A stretch of 64,000 nt of DNA from an uncultured Kiloniellales bacterium. Its GTDB lineage: Bacteria > Pseudomonadota > Alphaproteobacteria > Kiloniellales > JAKSDN01. The notes under the pieces were generated by a model. It had not been told where the DNA came from and did no database searches. It saw only the letters and a program-made list of their open reading frames with translations. Shown here in pieces: positions 63,485-64,000 of this stretch. Numbering within the stretch: the stretch's first letter is position 1; each line of letters opens with the position of its first letter. The position numbers and the translations under genes are program-made. The stretch covers positions 27,150 to 91,149 of the forward strand of contig CAMYKD010000018.1 of assembly GCA_947258885.1 (NCBI GenBank). Direction: 5' to 3'.

Positions 63485-64000
63485 GTGCTGCAGCTCAAGA
63501 ACGAGAGTCCCTTCGAGCCGGCGATCGCCCTGTTCCCCGACGAGAACGGCATCGACACGCTCTACGTCGTGGTCAAGGCCACCTTCCACCTGGGCGACCG
63601 CCTGGAGATCGCCGAGGAGCAGGTGCCGCCCGTCCTGGCCGACGAGTACTGGAGCGAGCCGGGCGTCTCGAGCCTCAAGTACGCGTCCGATCTGCACCTC
63701 TGCAAGCCTGCGACCGACGTGGTGCTGGTCGGCCAGGCCTGGGCGCCCGAGGGCAAGCAGGTCGGACAGCTCGACATGGGCATCGCCGTGGGCGAGCGGC
63801 GCAAGCTGGTGCGCGTGTTCGGCGAGCGGGTGTGGCGCAACAAAGGCGCCGCGATCTCGCCGCCCGAGCCGTTCGAGAGCATGCCGCTGGTCTACGAGCG
63901 CGCCTATGGCGGCGTGCACGAGACCGAGGCGAACGGCGAAACCCTGCTGGGCGAGGGACGCAACCCGGTCGGCCTCGGTTTTCGCGGCAAGCGAAAGGCC
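63485..64000 (+). CDS. DUF2169-family protein (T6SS effector/VgrG-associated), N-terminal part; runs off window
   Basis: Absent from the ORF track because no stop lies inside the window. GTG 63485 opens VLQLKNESPFEPAIALFPDENGIDTLYVVVKATFHLG...KPATDVVLVGQAWAP...VFGERVWR...MPLVYERAYGG, which is the DUF2169 pattern. Confidence 0.75.
   Translation, partial: MLQLKNESPFEPAIALFPDENGIDTLYVVVKATFHLGDRLEIAEEQVPPVLADEYWSEPGVSSLKYASDLHLCKPATDVVLVGQAWAPEGKQVGQLDMGIAVGERRKLVRVFGERVWRNKGAAISPPEPFESMPLVYERAYGGVHETEANGETLLGEGRNPVGLGFRGKRKA

Noticed and set aside
50389-64000. Calling the T6SS region a mobile genomic island
   Set aside because: No integrase, transposase, tRNA or flanking direct repeats are visible in the window. 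Only a local drop in GC at 50.4-51.6 kb was seen. It is reported as an observation, not as a mobile element.

Overview
Densely coding, very high-GC bacterial chromosome segment; gene content and codon usage look alphaproteobacterial, but taxonomy is not provable from this window. No rRNA, tRNA, CRISPR array, transposase or integrase was seen.

Gene order, left to right:
- psuG 3' end.
- An atypical REC-REC-REC-DHp protein with a ~370-aa acidic tail.
- Lhr-type helicase plus PdeM.
- A ~5-kb accessory locus (6.68-11.88 kb), described below.
- A 2-aminoethylphosphonate catabolic cluster: PbfA-like enzyme, phnX, phnW, a LysR regulator and phnSTU. A 5x PASTA-repeat lipoprotein gene sits inside it.
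- A Dpp/Opp-type ABC importer.
- ICMT-type methyltransferase, rhodanese, LOG-family protein, a small ORF coupled to a rhomboid, and azlCD.
- IclR, tctCBA, an acylating aldehyde dehydrogenase, a SucCD-like CoA ligase and TauE.
- parDE, an AhpD/CMD-type protein, a 749-aa uncharacterised protein and a PmtA-like methyltransferase.
- A translationally coupled Sdh/Frd-like plus Fe-S hydro-lyase operon, whose flavoprotein gene is frameshifted at a T5 run.
- An AT-richer spacer.
- Part of a type VI secretion cluster: tagH, tssJ, tssK, tssL, tssM, tagF, an unknown gene, a TIGR02270-like gene and a DUF2169 gene running off the window.

Most unusual is the 6.68-11.88 kb locus. It holds an ECF sigma/anti-sigma pair. 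It also holds three paralogous Gly/Ser-rich small proteins that share a conserved leader (RR.ALARLGLG...P.L..LS...A.SG). Next to the first of these is an HprK-like kinase fused to a PqqD/RRE domain, and after the second is a lipoprotein paralogous to the anti-sigma sensor domain. A GGAA(G/T)-N16-TGTT promoter-like motif lies upstream of all three small genes and of the sigma gene. I propose a sigma-controlled, leader-guided Ser-kinase/peptide system. This rests on sequence reading only and is untested.
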